A stretch of DNA of 64,000 nucleotides. Origin: the human T2T-CHM13v2.0 reference genome, Homo sapiens. The first letter of the stretch is position 1, and every line of letters starts with the position of its first letter. Where the stretch lies: positions 3,456,001 through 3,520,000 of the forward strand of contig CP086569.2 in the NCBI GenBank assembly GCA_009914755.4. The letters are read 5' to 3'. The position numbers and the translations under genes are program-made. The notes below the pieces were generated by a model. The model did not search any database. It saw only the letters and a list, made by a program, of their open reading frames with translations, and had not been told where the DNA came from. Below are positions 11,856-25,439 of this stretch, piece by piece.

Positions 11856-13545
11856 TTTGATTAAGTCTCTTTGGGAGATTTGAGGGCCATCCTCCAGTTA
11901 TATATTTATTTATTTATTTGATGTTTGGGGCTCACTGGGAAATGAAGTGAAAATGGAGATAGATTCTGCCCTTATTGGTATTAGGTCATAAAGTGGTAGA
12001 TTTAGTTACGGCCTCTGAAAGGTGGGAAAGGAAAAGAGCAGGAATGGCTTTATTTATGCCAGCTAGGAGGCATAATATGGCTAGAGATATCATATGGTCT
12101 TGTTTCTGTCTGCCTGCAAAATTTGCTTGATAATCCCAACTGGGATCAGTTCTGGGGGCACCTAGGGTCCTTACTGGGTTATGGGCAGCATCTTGTTGGT
12201 GGAAGGTGTTTGCATGGACCTGGGAGGCCATTCAGATGTGTTCCCTGTTTTCCGGGGTGAGGGTGGAGGAGAGGATGACATATATGTCATGCCAGGTAAG
12301 GTTATAAGATTGAGTGAAATGCAGAAATTCTTTGCAGGAAGAGGTGGGATCCGGGGAAAAGGAGCCTAGTCTCTTTTCAAGCTGAGAGAGGTTGGCTAGG
12401 GAGAAGGGAATGTGATTTCAGATTATGCTTTCCTCCCTGTCACCTCTTATAAAGGGAAGACTTTGGAGGGCCTTTGAGCATGTGCCTGGTTTTTGTCGGA
12501 AGGGGGTTGGGCATGAGACACGGTTTGTTGGCCGGGTTGAAATTAGAGGAGGAAGGCATGTCCAGGGGAAGAGGCATTTTTGTGGGTTTTTTGCTGAAGA
12601 GGAGGATTTGAAAAGGTTAACAGAATTAGCAGAGATAGAGAGCCACGAACAGAGATAAGCAAAGCACTTCGGATCATTTACCATTGCATTGGAAGTTTTT
12701 TAGGTTTTGTTGAATTTAGAAATAAATGTTTTGATTTTTGCCCATTGATTATTATTGTCCAATTTACATTGGGGCTAGGCAACATTACAGAGGAAAAGTA
12801 CAGAAGAAAGCAAGGCATTTGGTTTTAAGGAGTCCACTAAGCTCTGGGCTTGGAGAATTCAGATGAGACATGTAAGAGGAGTAAATAAGGTGTTCAGTTT
12901 TAATGGAGTCCTCTAAGCCCTGGGCCTGGAGGTTCCAGATGAGACATTCGAGAGTGGTGTCTCCAGGTGGTTTTAAAGAGCCTTGCCCCATACTGGTGAC
13001 TGGAAGGGTGAGAAATTTAGAGGAGGGGAGTGAGTACCCCATTCCTCCCTGGATAAGGGACATAGGAGAGCCAGGGCATCCCTGCAGATCTTTGCTGTCC
13101 CCTGGAGGCCAGAGTGGCCAGAGCAGCTGGAGCAGCAAGCTTTCTGAGGGCATCCCCTGAGAAAGTGGGCTGCGGTCACCTGGTGACCAGGGAGACCTCT
13201 CACCCAGCGCTGGGATTTTCTGGAACCAGAAGAAACAGAGAGGAATTCAGAAAAGAGGAAAGGGAAACTCATCCACTAATTGGAGACCAGTGTTGGATGT
13301 GATGTCCAACAATGGGATCAATCCTTGCTGGAGCTGCTTGGAAAGAGGAAGAAAGAAAAAGAGGACGGAGAGTTTGACCAGGGTCTGGAGGTTAGCCCAG
13401 GGCCAGAGAAGAAGAGAGAATAAGGCGAATGGGGCTGGGAACAGGGAGTCCACTCTGGATCAGGAAGCAGGCCCGGGTCTAGTTTTTGCTGTTTGCTACT
13501 TTCCAGGTTACAAGAGAAGACTTACACCTTAGAACCCAATCCTCA

Positions 13546-13563
13546 TACCTGGTTTCAGCACCA
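13546..13563 (-). other. Primer binding site, tRNA-Phe-like (TGGTGCTGAAACCAGGTA, matching the tRNA-Phe primer binding site TGGTGCCGAAACCCGGGA at 15 of 18 positions)
   Basis: The reverse complement of 13541-13566 is ttt tggtgctgaaaccaggtatgagg. It begins 3 nt after the 5' LTR ends in ...cctaaca. Confidence 0.6.
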
Positions 13564-13566
13564 AAA

Positions 13567-14010
13567 TGTTAGGTTTTGAAGGGAAGGTGAGGGTTAAAGA
13601 AAGACACACACACAGAAAGAGCTTCACAGCAAATGCAGGCTTTATGTCCAGGATAAAACCTACAGAAGTGGGGGACCAGCCTATGTCAGTGCCCGCTGCT
13701 GCTTACAGGCTGGGGTAATTTCTAGGTATGGGCAGGAGGGGTCTGAGCAATATGGCTTGCTGCCTGGAAGGATATTGATAAGATGTCCCCATGATGAGGT
13801 GGTTCTGACCCTTGTTCCGGCAGAATGTGGTACTCCTTGTACTTTCTCCCAGCAGAATATGATAAGAGGCAGGCTCTTTCTTCAGTTGGGCCTTTGTCCA
13901 CCTTGTGGTCAGGTGGTTTATCAAGGCCCGAACCCCCATGAATTGTTTCACTTTGACCAAGGTCTGCAAAATAGCAGGGAGCTTACAAAATGGTGCAGTT
14001 AGGACTAACA
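13567..14010 (-). repeat. 5' LTR of the class I ERV provirus (444 bp)
   Basis: Homologous to 5928-6380. It is followed immediately, going leftward on +, by the primer binding site. Confidence 0.85.
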
Positions 14011-14836
14011 TTGGGCATATATCCAAAGGACATAAAATCAGTATGTCAAAGAGATGTCTGTACTCCTATGTTCCTTGGAACATTATTCTCAATAGCCAAG
14101 ACATGGAAACAACCTAAGTGTGCATCAATTGATGAATAAATAAAGAAAATGTGGCGCACACACACATACTTACATTATTATCATATATGTTATTATATAA
14201 CAACATATTAGCTACAGTCACCATGCTGTAAAATAGATCCTCAGAACCTATTCATCTTACAACTGAAAGTTTGTGCCCTTTGATCAATATCCCCTCATTT
14301 TCTCCACACCATATATATAGAATATTATTCAGCCATAAAAAAGAATAAAATCCTGTCCTTTGTGACAACATGGATGAACCTGGAGGGCATAATGCTAGCG
14401 AAATAAGCCAGCCACAGAAAGCAAATACTGCATGATGTCAGTTATAAGTAGAATCTTACCAACTCAAACTCATAAAAATAGACAGTACAAGGGTAGTTAC
14501 TGGGGGTTGGGAGGTGGGGGAAATGGGGAGATGTTGATCAAATTGCACAAACTTTCAGTTATAGGATGATTAAGTTCTAAGGATTTATTATACAACATGT
14601 TGATTACGGTTGGTAATAATGTACTGTATACTAGAAATTTGCTAAGAGATAAGTATTTTCACCACACACACAAAAGGCATCTATGTGAATTAATGGGTAT
14701 ATTAATTAGCTTGATTATAGCAATCAATTCACAATGTATTGTGAATATCAAAACATCAAGTTGCACACCTTAAATATACACAAATTTTATTTGTCAATTA
14801 CACCTCAATTAAGGTGGAGAAAAATAAAAATAAAGG
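14011..14836 (+). mobile_element. L1-W part 3: end of ORF2 plus the L1PB/L1MA-type 3'UTR and an A-rich tail
   Basis: ...IYPKDIKSVCQRDVCTPMF.GTLFSIAKTWKQPKCASIDE.IKKMW.THT... is followed by the characteristic old-L1P 3'UTR (...ggtagttactgggggttgggaggtgggggaaatggggagatgttgatcaa...tcaattacacctcaattaaggtggagaaaaataaaaataaa). Confidence 0.85.
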
Positions 14837-15326
14837 GCTAAATCTTTTGGAAAAAGTATCTGAATCCTCTGGTTGCCTACAATTTTTTCAAAGTTGTCGT
14901 CTTTTGGTTTTAAAAGAACCCCTGATTTGCTAAGCTTGATAAACATGATTCCAGATGTCAAATTAGTTCTTATTTGCTCAGGAATTGGTACTTTTCTTTG
15001 GAGAAATAAATGTGAAAGAGACTTCTATAATTAGATATCACTTAAATTAATGTTATTTTAATCTATCTTGGACAAATCTTTCTTTATTGAAAAAGGAAAA
15101 TTTGTTATAGTACAACAAAGTGGCTCCCAAATACTCTTAGTGATGAAAGCTTTACTGGGGCAAAATGAGAGAAATAACACTGATACTTAAAAGGACACAC
15201 ATTTTTAGGTTAACTAGCTTTAGCTTGAATCCTGGGTCCATCACTTTTCAGTGGTATAGTATCACCTAATGCCTAGTAATAGCATAATCAATGTTGATAA
15301 TTATATGTACATAATTACATATATTT

Positions 15327-15346
15327 TATATATATATATATATATA
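15327..15346. repeat. (TA)10 microsatellite
   Basis: Read directly. Confidence 0.9.
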
Positions 15347-15767
15347 AAATCACCATTGTGATTTTTGTTGGTTATGGTTATTCTAGGAAAAATTTTGTGT
15401 ACAAATGTTAAGAGTGCAGGCTCTGTACTCTGTCTGGCTTTGAGTACCAATTCTGCCACATGTAAGCTTTGTGATCTTGAGGAAGACACTCAATGTCCTT
15501 GAGCCTCTGTTTCCTTTTCCATAAAATGTTGATAGTAATCATCAGACTTCATACAGTAATAAGATTTAAATGAAATAATGAAAATGAAAATTTTAACTTA
15601 GTTCCCAGTACATTATAAATATTCAATATTAACTATTATTTCCTGGGGAAAACATTATATTTATCCTAGTCTTCGGTTCTTCTTACATTTGTGGTGGTCA
15701 TTCTTTTTGTCAAATCTGGAAATGTTATATGATGAAATTAAAATCTAAATCTGAACCCAGGAAAAAC

Positions 15768-16781
15768 TATATATATATATATACACACACACATATATAT
15801 AAACATATATATATACACTCACATATATATACATATACACATATGTACACATATATATACATATACACACATGTACACATATATATACATATACACACAT
15901 GTACACATATATACATATACACACATGTACACATATATACATATACACACATGTACACATATATACATATACACACATGTACACATATATACATATACAC
16001 ATATGTACACATATATACATATACACACATGTACACATATATACATATACACACATGTACACATATATACATATACACGCATGTACACATATATACATAT
16101 ACACGCATGTACACATATATACATATACACGCATGTACACATATATACATATACACATATGTACACATATATACATATACACATATGTACACACATATAC
16201 ATATATACACACATATGTATACATATGTACATATGTATACATATATACATATATACACATGTATACATATATACATATACACACATGTATACACATACAC
16301 ATATACACACATATACACATATATACACATATACACATATGCATATATACACATATACACATATACACATATATACATATATACACATATACACATATAC
16401 ACATATACACATATACACACACATATACACATATACACACACATATACACATATATACACATATACACATATACACATATACACATATATACATATATAC
16501 ATATATACATATATACACATATATACATATATACATATATGCATATATACATATATACATATATACACATATACATATATACACATATGTACACATATAC
16601 ATATATACATATATACATATATACATATACATGCATATATATACACATATATACATATATATGCATATATATACATATATACATATATATGCATATATAC
16701 ACATATATACATATATATGCATATATACATATATAGACATATATACATATATAGAGACATATATATATACATATATATATG
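15768..16781. repeat. Compound microsatellite or minisatellite of about 1 kb, TA/CA/TG-rich. A 26-bp periodic core (gtacacatatatacatatacacacat) occupies 15841-16200 and degrades into (CATATA)n and (CATATATA)n-like tracts.
   Basis: Direct reading. The period is visible as gtacacat recurring every 26 nt. Both strands are free of stop codons in several frames, which yields artefactual ORFs of 300-369 aa. Confidence 0.9.
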
Positions 16782-19439
16782 ACATAACCTGAATTAAATG
16801 ACAGCGTGAAATAGAAAAGTTGAGGTATAGAAAGGCCAAAAGTTCAGGAGGCAATTGTCATTGAAGAGATAGTGTATTACTCACAGTTCTCAAAGGGAGG
16901 GGACAAGCTATGGAAGTGAGGGGCACAGGACAGCACTGGAGTTGGTCAGGAGACAGAGGGAGAAAGACTGTGAGAAGAGCCTTTTTGTGATTTGTGTGGG
17001 AAATGACAGATGACGCATGGTAAGCAGGCTGAGGACTGGCCCGTTTGAATACTTTCAGCAGGCTCTGGGGCATAGGGACTGTCTCTGTTGGTCTGGTGGC
17101 TGGCCATGGGGGTGCTTAGGGCAGGTGAATAGTGGTCTGGAGTATAAGAGCCTGATGAAAGAGATGGTTGGGATTGTGGGCTCTGGATTGGTTGGTTTGT
17201 ATTTAAAAAGCACAAACCTGAGAAGCAAACTGTTACTAAGGAGAGTCAACAAGGAAGATGGGGAGCCAGGGCAAGATGACATGAGCATATTATTTGGTTG
17301 CTCAGAACAAGGTATGCCTGGCATACGCATATAGGGCAGATGTTTAGCTTCAAATTTGTGAAATATGGAAATGCGGCTAATACACTCCCCCTACCCCAAA
17401 CTCGTAATGCTATTTCTTATTTGGTTGTTGGGTTGGTTTGATCACTGAAACCCAAGTATGAAATCAACCGCAAATGGTATCCTGCCATTTACTGGGTTGT
17501 TCTTAAAAATCAAACACATTTTAAGGTACATATTTATTTATTTGTTAAATGATTGTTGAATGCCTACTTATTTCGCCTGTATTTTTATTTGTTTTCTCAC
17601 TAAGTTTGAATGACAAGAAAAATTCAATTCTGAGAGAGTATTAGTCTTTACTTCTCTTTTGTCCTTCTTGTTGCCAAACACCTTTAACAACAATTATAAT
17701 GAAAGGCTTAAAGAATAGAATAAACCTTATGAGAAAAAGTATAACATAAAATAAGAAAAATAAATACCTCTCTTGTAACTGAAATATTTAATGGAAAAAT
17801 TTCTATTTAAGAAAAAAATGCAGGGAATGTTCAGACATATAAGATTTAAATATAAGGTTTAAATAACTTCTAAACCTTACAAATAATCACAAAACCATTA
17901 ATAAAAATCAGTCTAATCATAATATATTATTAAAGGGAACTTGAGGTAGTACCACACATTTGTAGTTGAGAACCAAAACACATATAGCTTACCGTCCACA
18001 TTAATATGTCTATATTTTTAGGCTGGTTTCACTAACATTACTTTACTATTTTAACTTTTTCCTAGGAAGAGAAGAGTTGTAAATAACTTTATTGTTACTT
18101 TCAAGAACTTTCCCCAAACTCACTGGAAACGGCTCAGTTTTTCAATGGATAACATCAAATAATAGTACCCTCTTTCAATCTCTGAGATGAAAATCCTCAT
18201 CTTACAGTGTCTCCTAACTCATAGCTATTACATAATCATTACCTAATCCTAATCAAGCCCTCACATTGAAGAAATCATCTTAAACCAAACCCTAAAACCT
18301 CATAAATATTATGACACTGTCCCTCCCACTTCAGACACTCCTAACAAACACTGTAGCCCCAATATCTTTATTCCTAGGTCTGGTTATCTGAGACCCTTTT
18401 CAGGCATTTTTTCCAATGCCTCCCAATGGGGGGAATGAGAGATAAGAACTGCAGGACTATTGTCACATAACAACTCCATCCAAATCCCTGCACTAAGAGA
18501 CTTGACGAAATTCTGCTATGGCATCTAACAGCCTAAGGCTGTGTCCCTAAATTTATCCCAGCCCCCTATTTATATGCCTGCCTGAGAAAACTTAAGGCTA
18601 CAAAGGAAATTTATTATTTGTTCTAGTCAGCACCTGATGATAGACCCTGGAGCTCCCTTTCTTAGAGCATTTTCTAAAAAGGGCTTACAATTGTGAACAT
18701 GTATTTCTTGCAACTCAGAATGATCTTTCTCAAGGACACAAGAGCCATTCCATTGAAATGTAATCAACAAGAAGGATAAGGCCTCTCTCCTAGTCTCTGT
18801 GAGAGTATAGCATCCTAACTTCCATAACTTCCAGCAAGCAGACACAGCTGGCCTAATCATGTTTACATTAACCAACCCTTCGTACATTTTTGCTTTTTTG
18901 ACTCTACTGAGTGCCCACAGTCCCTCCTCCTTCACGCTCCCTTGAAAATGTACAGGCATGTTTCCACAAATGGGAATGGAGCTCAGTTCTTTCCCCTACA
19001 GTCAGTAATTACTGAATAAAACCTGTTTTTATCCAATGTTTGTCTATTTTTAATTTTGACAGGGGGAAACTTTGAAGAGACTTCTCTCCATTCTGACTTA
19101 GTCCCAGTATGTTTACACTCTTAACCCTTCTCCTTCTGCTTGCCTCTGGCCCTGGGTTCATAAAACTGCAGGGGCTTTCTGTTTCGGGCTCCCTCAGCAG
19201 GGAGAGGACCCCTTTATCTTTGCTGAGCCTCAACCAGTGCAACTGTCCATAAGAGAAATCCAAGTTTCTCCAGTTTCCTCTCTTGTCTGTACATTGCAGT
19301 AAGTGATCAAGCATAAACTGTTTCATTATTGACTTGCTTTAATTGTCTACTCCACTGCCTGATAGCTTAGCTCATTCCTGGCTCACCTGAGCTTCTGAAG
19401 ATCTTAATTGTAATTTTTCATTCTTTGAAAAACTAGTAA

Positions 19440-20650
19440 TATGGCCTTATTTGTTGCCATATAACAAACATTCGTATATATCTCCTTTTATGTATGTATG
19501 AAATTCTGTACTGTATGTCACTGAGAGTAGAAATAGTTGTAAATTATATACAATTTTAATCCCCCTTGATAGTTCTCAATTTCATATCAAGAGTGTTGTT
19601 CTAATCACACTTCCAACAACAGTGAGTGAAAGTTTATAATTCTCCATATTGTCATTAACTCTAAGTATGATCCATTTTTTAATATTTTTGTCAGTTTCAT
19701 GGTTGTGAAATTGTAAATAATTTTGTATTAATCTGCATTTACCTAATTATTGGTAATTTTGAGCATGCTCATGTTTCTGGTCCATTTTGATTTCCTCTTC
19801 TATGAAGTGCTTGGTCATATATTTGACAATTTTTGTTTGAGGTTTCTTTTTATTGATATCTTGAAGTTCGTTAATATGTTTGCTAATATTATTTTCTGGT
19901 ATACATTTCAAATATCTTATTCCAGATTGTGGTTCATATCTGCTTATCCTACATTTTGCCATTCAGAATTTATCAGCACTTTATGACTTGTGTTTTTTTG
20001 TGTTTAAGTTAATCTTTTTCTACCCTGAGGTAAAAAAGTATTTTTTCTAAGACTTAAAAAGTCTTTTTATGATTTGCTTTTAAATCTATGGAAATTTATG
20101 TCTGTGAATTTTGTGATGAAGAAAGCTTTGGATTTTTTATCATGAGATTATTAGTTATTGTGATGGTTAACACTGAGTGTCAACTTGATTAGATTAAAGG
20201 ATGCAAAGGATTGTTCCTGGGTATGTCTGTGAGGGTGTTGCCAAAGGAGACTAACATTTGAGTCAGTGTACTGGGAGAGGCAGACACACCCTCAATCTGG
20301 GTGGGCACCATCTAATCAGCTGCCAGTGCAGCTAGGATAAAAGGAGGCAGAGGAATGTAGAAGGACCAGACTGATTCAGTCTTCCTACCTTCATCTTCCT
20401 CCCATGTTGGATGCTTCCTGCGCTCAAATGTAGGACTCCAAGTTCTTCAGCTTTTTGATTGTTGGGCTTACACCAGTGGTTTTCCAGGGGCTCTCGGAAC
20501 TTTAGCCATGGACTGAAGGCTGCACTGTCAGATTCCCTACTTTTGAAATTTTGGGACCCGGATTGGCTTCCTTGCTCCTTAGCTTGCAGATGGCTTATCG
20601 TGGGACTTCATCTTGTGATAGACTCACACTATATTAAATAATGAATACTT
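19440..20650 (+). mobile_element. Old L1 (L1M-type, for example L1MA/L1MB) 3'UTR fragment
   Basis: ...cacttccaacaacagtgagtgaaagtt...attaatctgcatttacctaattattggtaattttgagcatgctcatgtttctggtccattttgatttcctcttctatgaagtgcttggtcat... followed by ...gtgtcaacttgattagattaaaggatgcaaaggattgttcctgggtatgtctgtgagggtgttgccaaaggagactaacatttgagtcagtgtactgggagaggcagacacaccctcaatctgggtgggcaccatctaatcagctgccagtg... Both are the typical L1M 3' end. The 5' boundary is approximate. Confidence 0.6.
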
Positions 20651-23600
20651 TTCTACTGATACGTAATAACATCTCTTTCATATAATTTACCTGCTTTTCC
20701 TCTGTGTTCCTCACAAGTGAAACTGAAAACATTCTCCACTAATTATCAGAGTGCCTGGCACATAGTAGACAATACATGTTCAAGGAATGTATCAGTAAGG
20801 ACTTTTGAGAAGGCTAATGCCCTATCTGGATGGAATTTGGGGTAGCAACTATTAGAAAAAGATATTTTTTTCTTTCCTTGTGTCACATGGTTCCTCTGAT
20901 TATTTTTCTCACTGATTGATCGTTGATTAGTTATTAAGTCAACACCTAGAATAAGACTGATTCTTAACTACTACCAAATATTAACCTTCTGTTTCAATGG
21001 ACCTATTCCACTTAATTTGTATCCAATATAATATATTTATTTCAACCTGCTGGTCTTTGCTTTACCTCATTTAGCAGACATTTCTTCTTTTTGTCTAGTG
21101 ATACAAATATAGTTACGTCAAAACCTATTTTATTTTTTATATTTCTAGAAGCCCATCTTGTCTATTCCAGGTGCCGATAATTTTTTACCTCTCCCACCCA
21201 CCATACCCACTAAAGTGCTTAATATTGAGGAGGTTTTTGTGATATCTTGGCCTTTCTTGGTCTCTATGTCTTATGCTTGCCATGCAGATTATCTATCAAT
21301 TATATTCAGATTTCCAACTAAGGTAGTTTAAAAAGTTAGAGAATGTTATACTTGAAAAAAAACTTAGATTTTATGATGTCCAGTTTATAGATAAGAAAAC
21401 TAGGCCTGAAAGAAGTGAAGGGATTTTCCCAAGGCCATAGAGCTAGCGAGTGGCTAGCAAGTGGTAGGGTTTGTATTTGGACAATAATGTATTGAATTTC
21501 ATATCATGTCTCTTCCCTGTTTCACCATTCTTAGGTTTATTTGTCATGTTGATATTGAGCTGGAGATTGTAACACAGTGGTGTCAAGCTGAGATGTAAAC
21601 TAAATTTTATATTCTCAACCTGGTAGGGGATGGAGAAGTCATTATTTTGAGCTAGATATTTGCTGCAACTCTGTTACGGGAATGAGAAAGGAAGACGTGC
21701 AAGGTTACCATCATCCAAAAAGCTTCACATCTCAAAGACATATGAAGAAAGAATGCTAGAGAGTAGAAAAATACAGATGTTCATAGGTTCGTGGATTTGA
21801 TGGTGAGAGAATAAAGGTGTTTCTTATTGCTATAGTAACCTTGTGCATAGAGTTCTGAGAAGGCCAAGAATCTGAGGACTCAAGTAAGCCAAAGCGTCCA
21901 ACCAACTGCCTGAGTCTGGCCCAGATCATAGGTAAATCCTATTTTTGGAAGCTTCTTTAGATGGTTTTGGTAAGCATTCTACTCATGCTATGACTGGCTG
22001 GGCATAGCAAGAGTGTAAAGAAAATGGAGAGCTGACATTGCTTCCTCATCTCACTGTTTTTATCTTTAGGTGTATTACAGCTTCCCTGTGGTCTTTCTTT
22101 GCAAAGAATAGCTGTTTAGATTTTCTGGCCCAAATCCATGCTTTACATTGACCAACTGTCCTGTCATTACCTAGTCATGTTATCCTTCCAATTTCATGAA
22201 TGATTTATTAAAGATAGATTGTGAGGATGTTTTTGTATAGTATAGTATAACGTGTACTTGAAAACATGGATATATTTAGTGGAAAAATAGACCTATTACA
22301 TAGTCTAACTCTGATTAATATATATTCTGTAACTTACAATAAACGCAAATATATTGTTTGTCCATAATATGATATTATTAAAGCTATCATCAAATCTATC
22401 TTGATACTACATTACCATTAAAGTGAACATACAAGGTTAATTATATCTTATATTCCATGGGAGTATGAAGCACATTGGGAGGTAATTTGTATATTACAGA
22501 ATTTATTAACAACAATAGATTTAACAGCTACTAGGTCAACGTAAGACATTTATTTGGGTGGAAATACGTTACTTAAATTCGGAAGATTTATAAATCAGTG
22601 AACTTTGCTTGGGTGTCTGCTCCCTGACCTTAAAATAGCTCCATTAAGGTTGTTATAATGAACTCATTATTTATATTTTCTTCTAGTCCACATTCAGAAA
22701 AGTTTTTAGTAGGTGTAATAATCTGTTTAACACACTCAGATTTTGTAGTGAATACAGACGATCCCAAAGAGAAAGATGCTAGTTCTGAGTGAGGAGCTAA
22801 ATTGCACAATAAGCTACAACACTGCAAAAGGGATCCCCAACCCTCTTTAAAAGGCCATTTCACATCATTAGTGCATAATTAAGTGAATCAAGGAGGTTTA
22901 GTAATAAATGTATTTACTTTCAATTATCTTCAGGAAAACCTGTCCAAATGATCGTTTCCAAGCCCAGAGACTTCAGACAGAGCCTGTGAATTGTGCCTGC
23001 TGTTGTGAATCACAGGAATGCCTCAGTGAACTCATCTAGCCCTCTGTATTATATGTTAAACATGTAAGAGGGATATAGAAAAGGATACTATACATAGCCT
23101 AATATCCTGACAGTGTGTATTCCTGGGGCTCTTCCTCTTATTCAGAAAACACTCCAGGAATCAGTGATGGATGAAAAAAGGAGGACACTAAGAAACAGGT
23201 CAAAGGTGACAACTGAATAAAAGTTGCTGCAGGCTTTAACCTTAAAGTACTGAAGAAAAAAAATTCTGCTGAGATTTGGTAGCAATACATATAACAGAAG
23301 GCTGAAGTCCAAAAATCTCTAAGGTATTTGGAGATATAGAAAGGCCAGATTAGAGGTCTTATCTTTTCCTTCCTTCAGAGTCAATTCTTTGTTAACTCTA
23401 CAGTGTCTAGTACTAACATTTGTGGTAAAAATCTTTGACCGACTAATTGAAACATGTTATAGGAGATTGCAGCAAAGCACAAACCTAAATGCACATTGTC
23501 TTTTCCAAAAAGCTATTCTAAAAATCTAACTGTGGCTCTAGTTTGAATACATTCAAAGCCTACATCTGAGCTCCTTCTCTGGAATTAACCCAGATGTTTT

Positions 23601-24964
23601 AGTCTCAGCCTCATCTAGAGCTTTTTTAAAGCAGATAATAGGAAGAGAGATAAAAGAGAAATCTGTTTAAACGGAGAAAGATACTCAGAATAAAATATGT
23701 ATTTGGTCTGTGTCTGTTTCTGTTTCTGTTTGCTTTTACTGTCTTTCTCAGCATTCTTTCTGTAGAGCCCTCAACCCAGAAATCCAGTATTCTTGTGCTG
23801 ACCTCTAAGTTTGCAGAGGCCACATTTCACTCTTTGCAGACCTACCTTCCCACAGTAGTCCATTTAAGTTTCACTTGTATTTTCTTCTTAGCTATCCAAA
23901 CTTGCCTTTGTGAAAATATGGCAGGACTAAAAGTTTTTCATGGAGTTCCAAGTGTCTTCCCCATCCCTCTTGTCAAATCCAATTGACCAACTCATGGCTT
24001 CTAAAACTAAAAGCCTAGTCTCATTGTTCCTCCTGCCTGTGCTATTATTACCATAGCCTCAGTTTTCCCATACTTTCCATGAATTTGGTCAATGACCAAT
24101 TCTCAAATTTAAACTCAACTCTAACCTTTTTTGATCAAGTTTATGAATTTTTAATGATCTTGCTCCACCCAGAACAGTCATCTTGAGCTGTCGTCAATTC
24201 AAAAGGTTTCAATGACGGCTTGAGCTAATGGCTTTTCTTTGGTTTTTCTTTTTTACCACTTGTCTTGATCCTCTTTTCCTCAGGACATGGTTCTTTGTTG
24301 AATATTGTGATTTGATAAATCAATCTAGGTTGTAGGTTTATGATTGTCAATGAATAAATGTACTCTCTCATTGAAGTAACACAAATATGTGTCAATAGGT
24401 ACCTGTGAGTAACTTAGAAATTTACTCCAAAAGAGAATATGATAATCTTAATTTATCAGACTAAATAGGAGAGGTAATTGAAGGCAAAGAATGGTCCATA
24501 TTCAAAAATCATTAATGCCACCACTGTACCAGGTTTCTGAGTACCTATGCATTTATTCTAACAACCTAGCATCTATTTCAGTCTGCAAAGGAGATTCCAT
24601 CTAAGAAAGTATAGCATTAAAAATCTAGAGCAGAGAAAAGGAAGTCATGTCTTCACTGGGGCACCCTTGCCTCTCATTCTCAACTCTGAAGTATCTGCAA
24701 TATTTTTTTTTCCTCAAGGGAGTATCATCACATATATAAGATTTAAAATACCTCACCACAGGTTTCTAATTTCATTTAAGACAAACATGGCATCAGGACT
24801 CATAATCAAGTCTGTTTACGAAGCATGTGCATTTAGTGTTCAATTTATCATGTCTTAAAATGGGCTACTATAAAATATTCCTTCTATATGGGCATATTTT
24901 AAAAAATTGACTCATTAACAATTGGAAAGTTGTCTTTGTGTAATTTTATTATCTATATCATTAA

Positions 24965-25296
<332 letters not shown>

Positions 25297-25439
25297 TTCT
25301 ATTCCCTTTTATTTCAGCTGTTAAAATTATGTTTGACAGAGCAGGAGCATTGCCATCTTGTACAAGCACCACCATTTTAAAGTTCCCCTTGATCAAAAAC
25401 TGCCTAAATCCAAAGGGCATCAGCCTAATAGCTGAGGTC

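Larger units (their letters stand above)
5928..14010 (-). mobile_element. Near full-length class I (gammaretrovirus-like) endogenous retrovirus provirus, LTR-gag-pro-pol-env-LTR, about 8.1 kb. It is defective and its primer binding site is tRNA-Phe-like, which places it in the HERV-F/H supergroup. It is inserted in L1-W ORF2 with a 4-5 bp duplication (c/t)TGGG.
   Basis: Two directly repeated LTRs, at 5928-6380 and 13567-14010, share the first-135-nt block and the ~180-nt tail quoted in the 3' LTR entry and end ...ggactaaca. Gene order on the - strand is the gag nucleocapsid Cys-His box, then the protease D(T>M)GA, then the RT motif LTWTVLPQGFQDSP, then the RNase H tail ...FYCKEHQK, then the integrase KNITNAC.LC...GHLPGQDWEINFT. 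The L1 sequence resumes immediately outside both LTRs. Confidence 0.85.

Noticed and set aside
15841-16200. Regular 26-bp periodicity that superficially resembles a CRISPR repeat array
   Set aside because: There are no unique spacers. Every period is the same low-complexity unit and the tract decays into simple microsatellite. The genome is eukaryotic.
15729-16854. Six very long ORFs (297-369 aa, both strands) rich in Y, I, T, H, C, V and M
   Set aside because: They lie entirely inside the TA/CA compound microsatellite. Alternating purine-pyrimidine repeats lack stop codons in several frames. They have no start context, no complexity and no homology.
18060-19400. Possible old LTR-like segment (aataaa-like signal, the motif 'tgaataaaacctgtttttatcc')
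   Set aside because: It has no recognisable family and no TG...CA termini. I could not identify a duplication or a partner LTR. The evidence is too weak to report as a feature.
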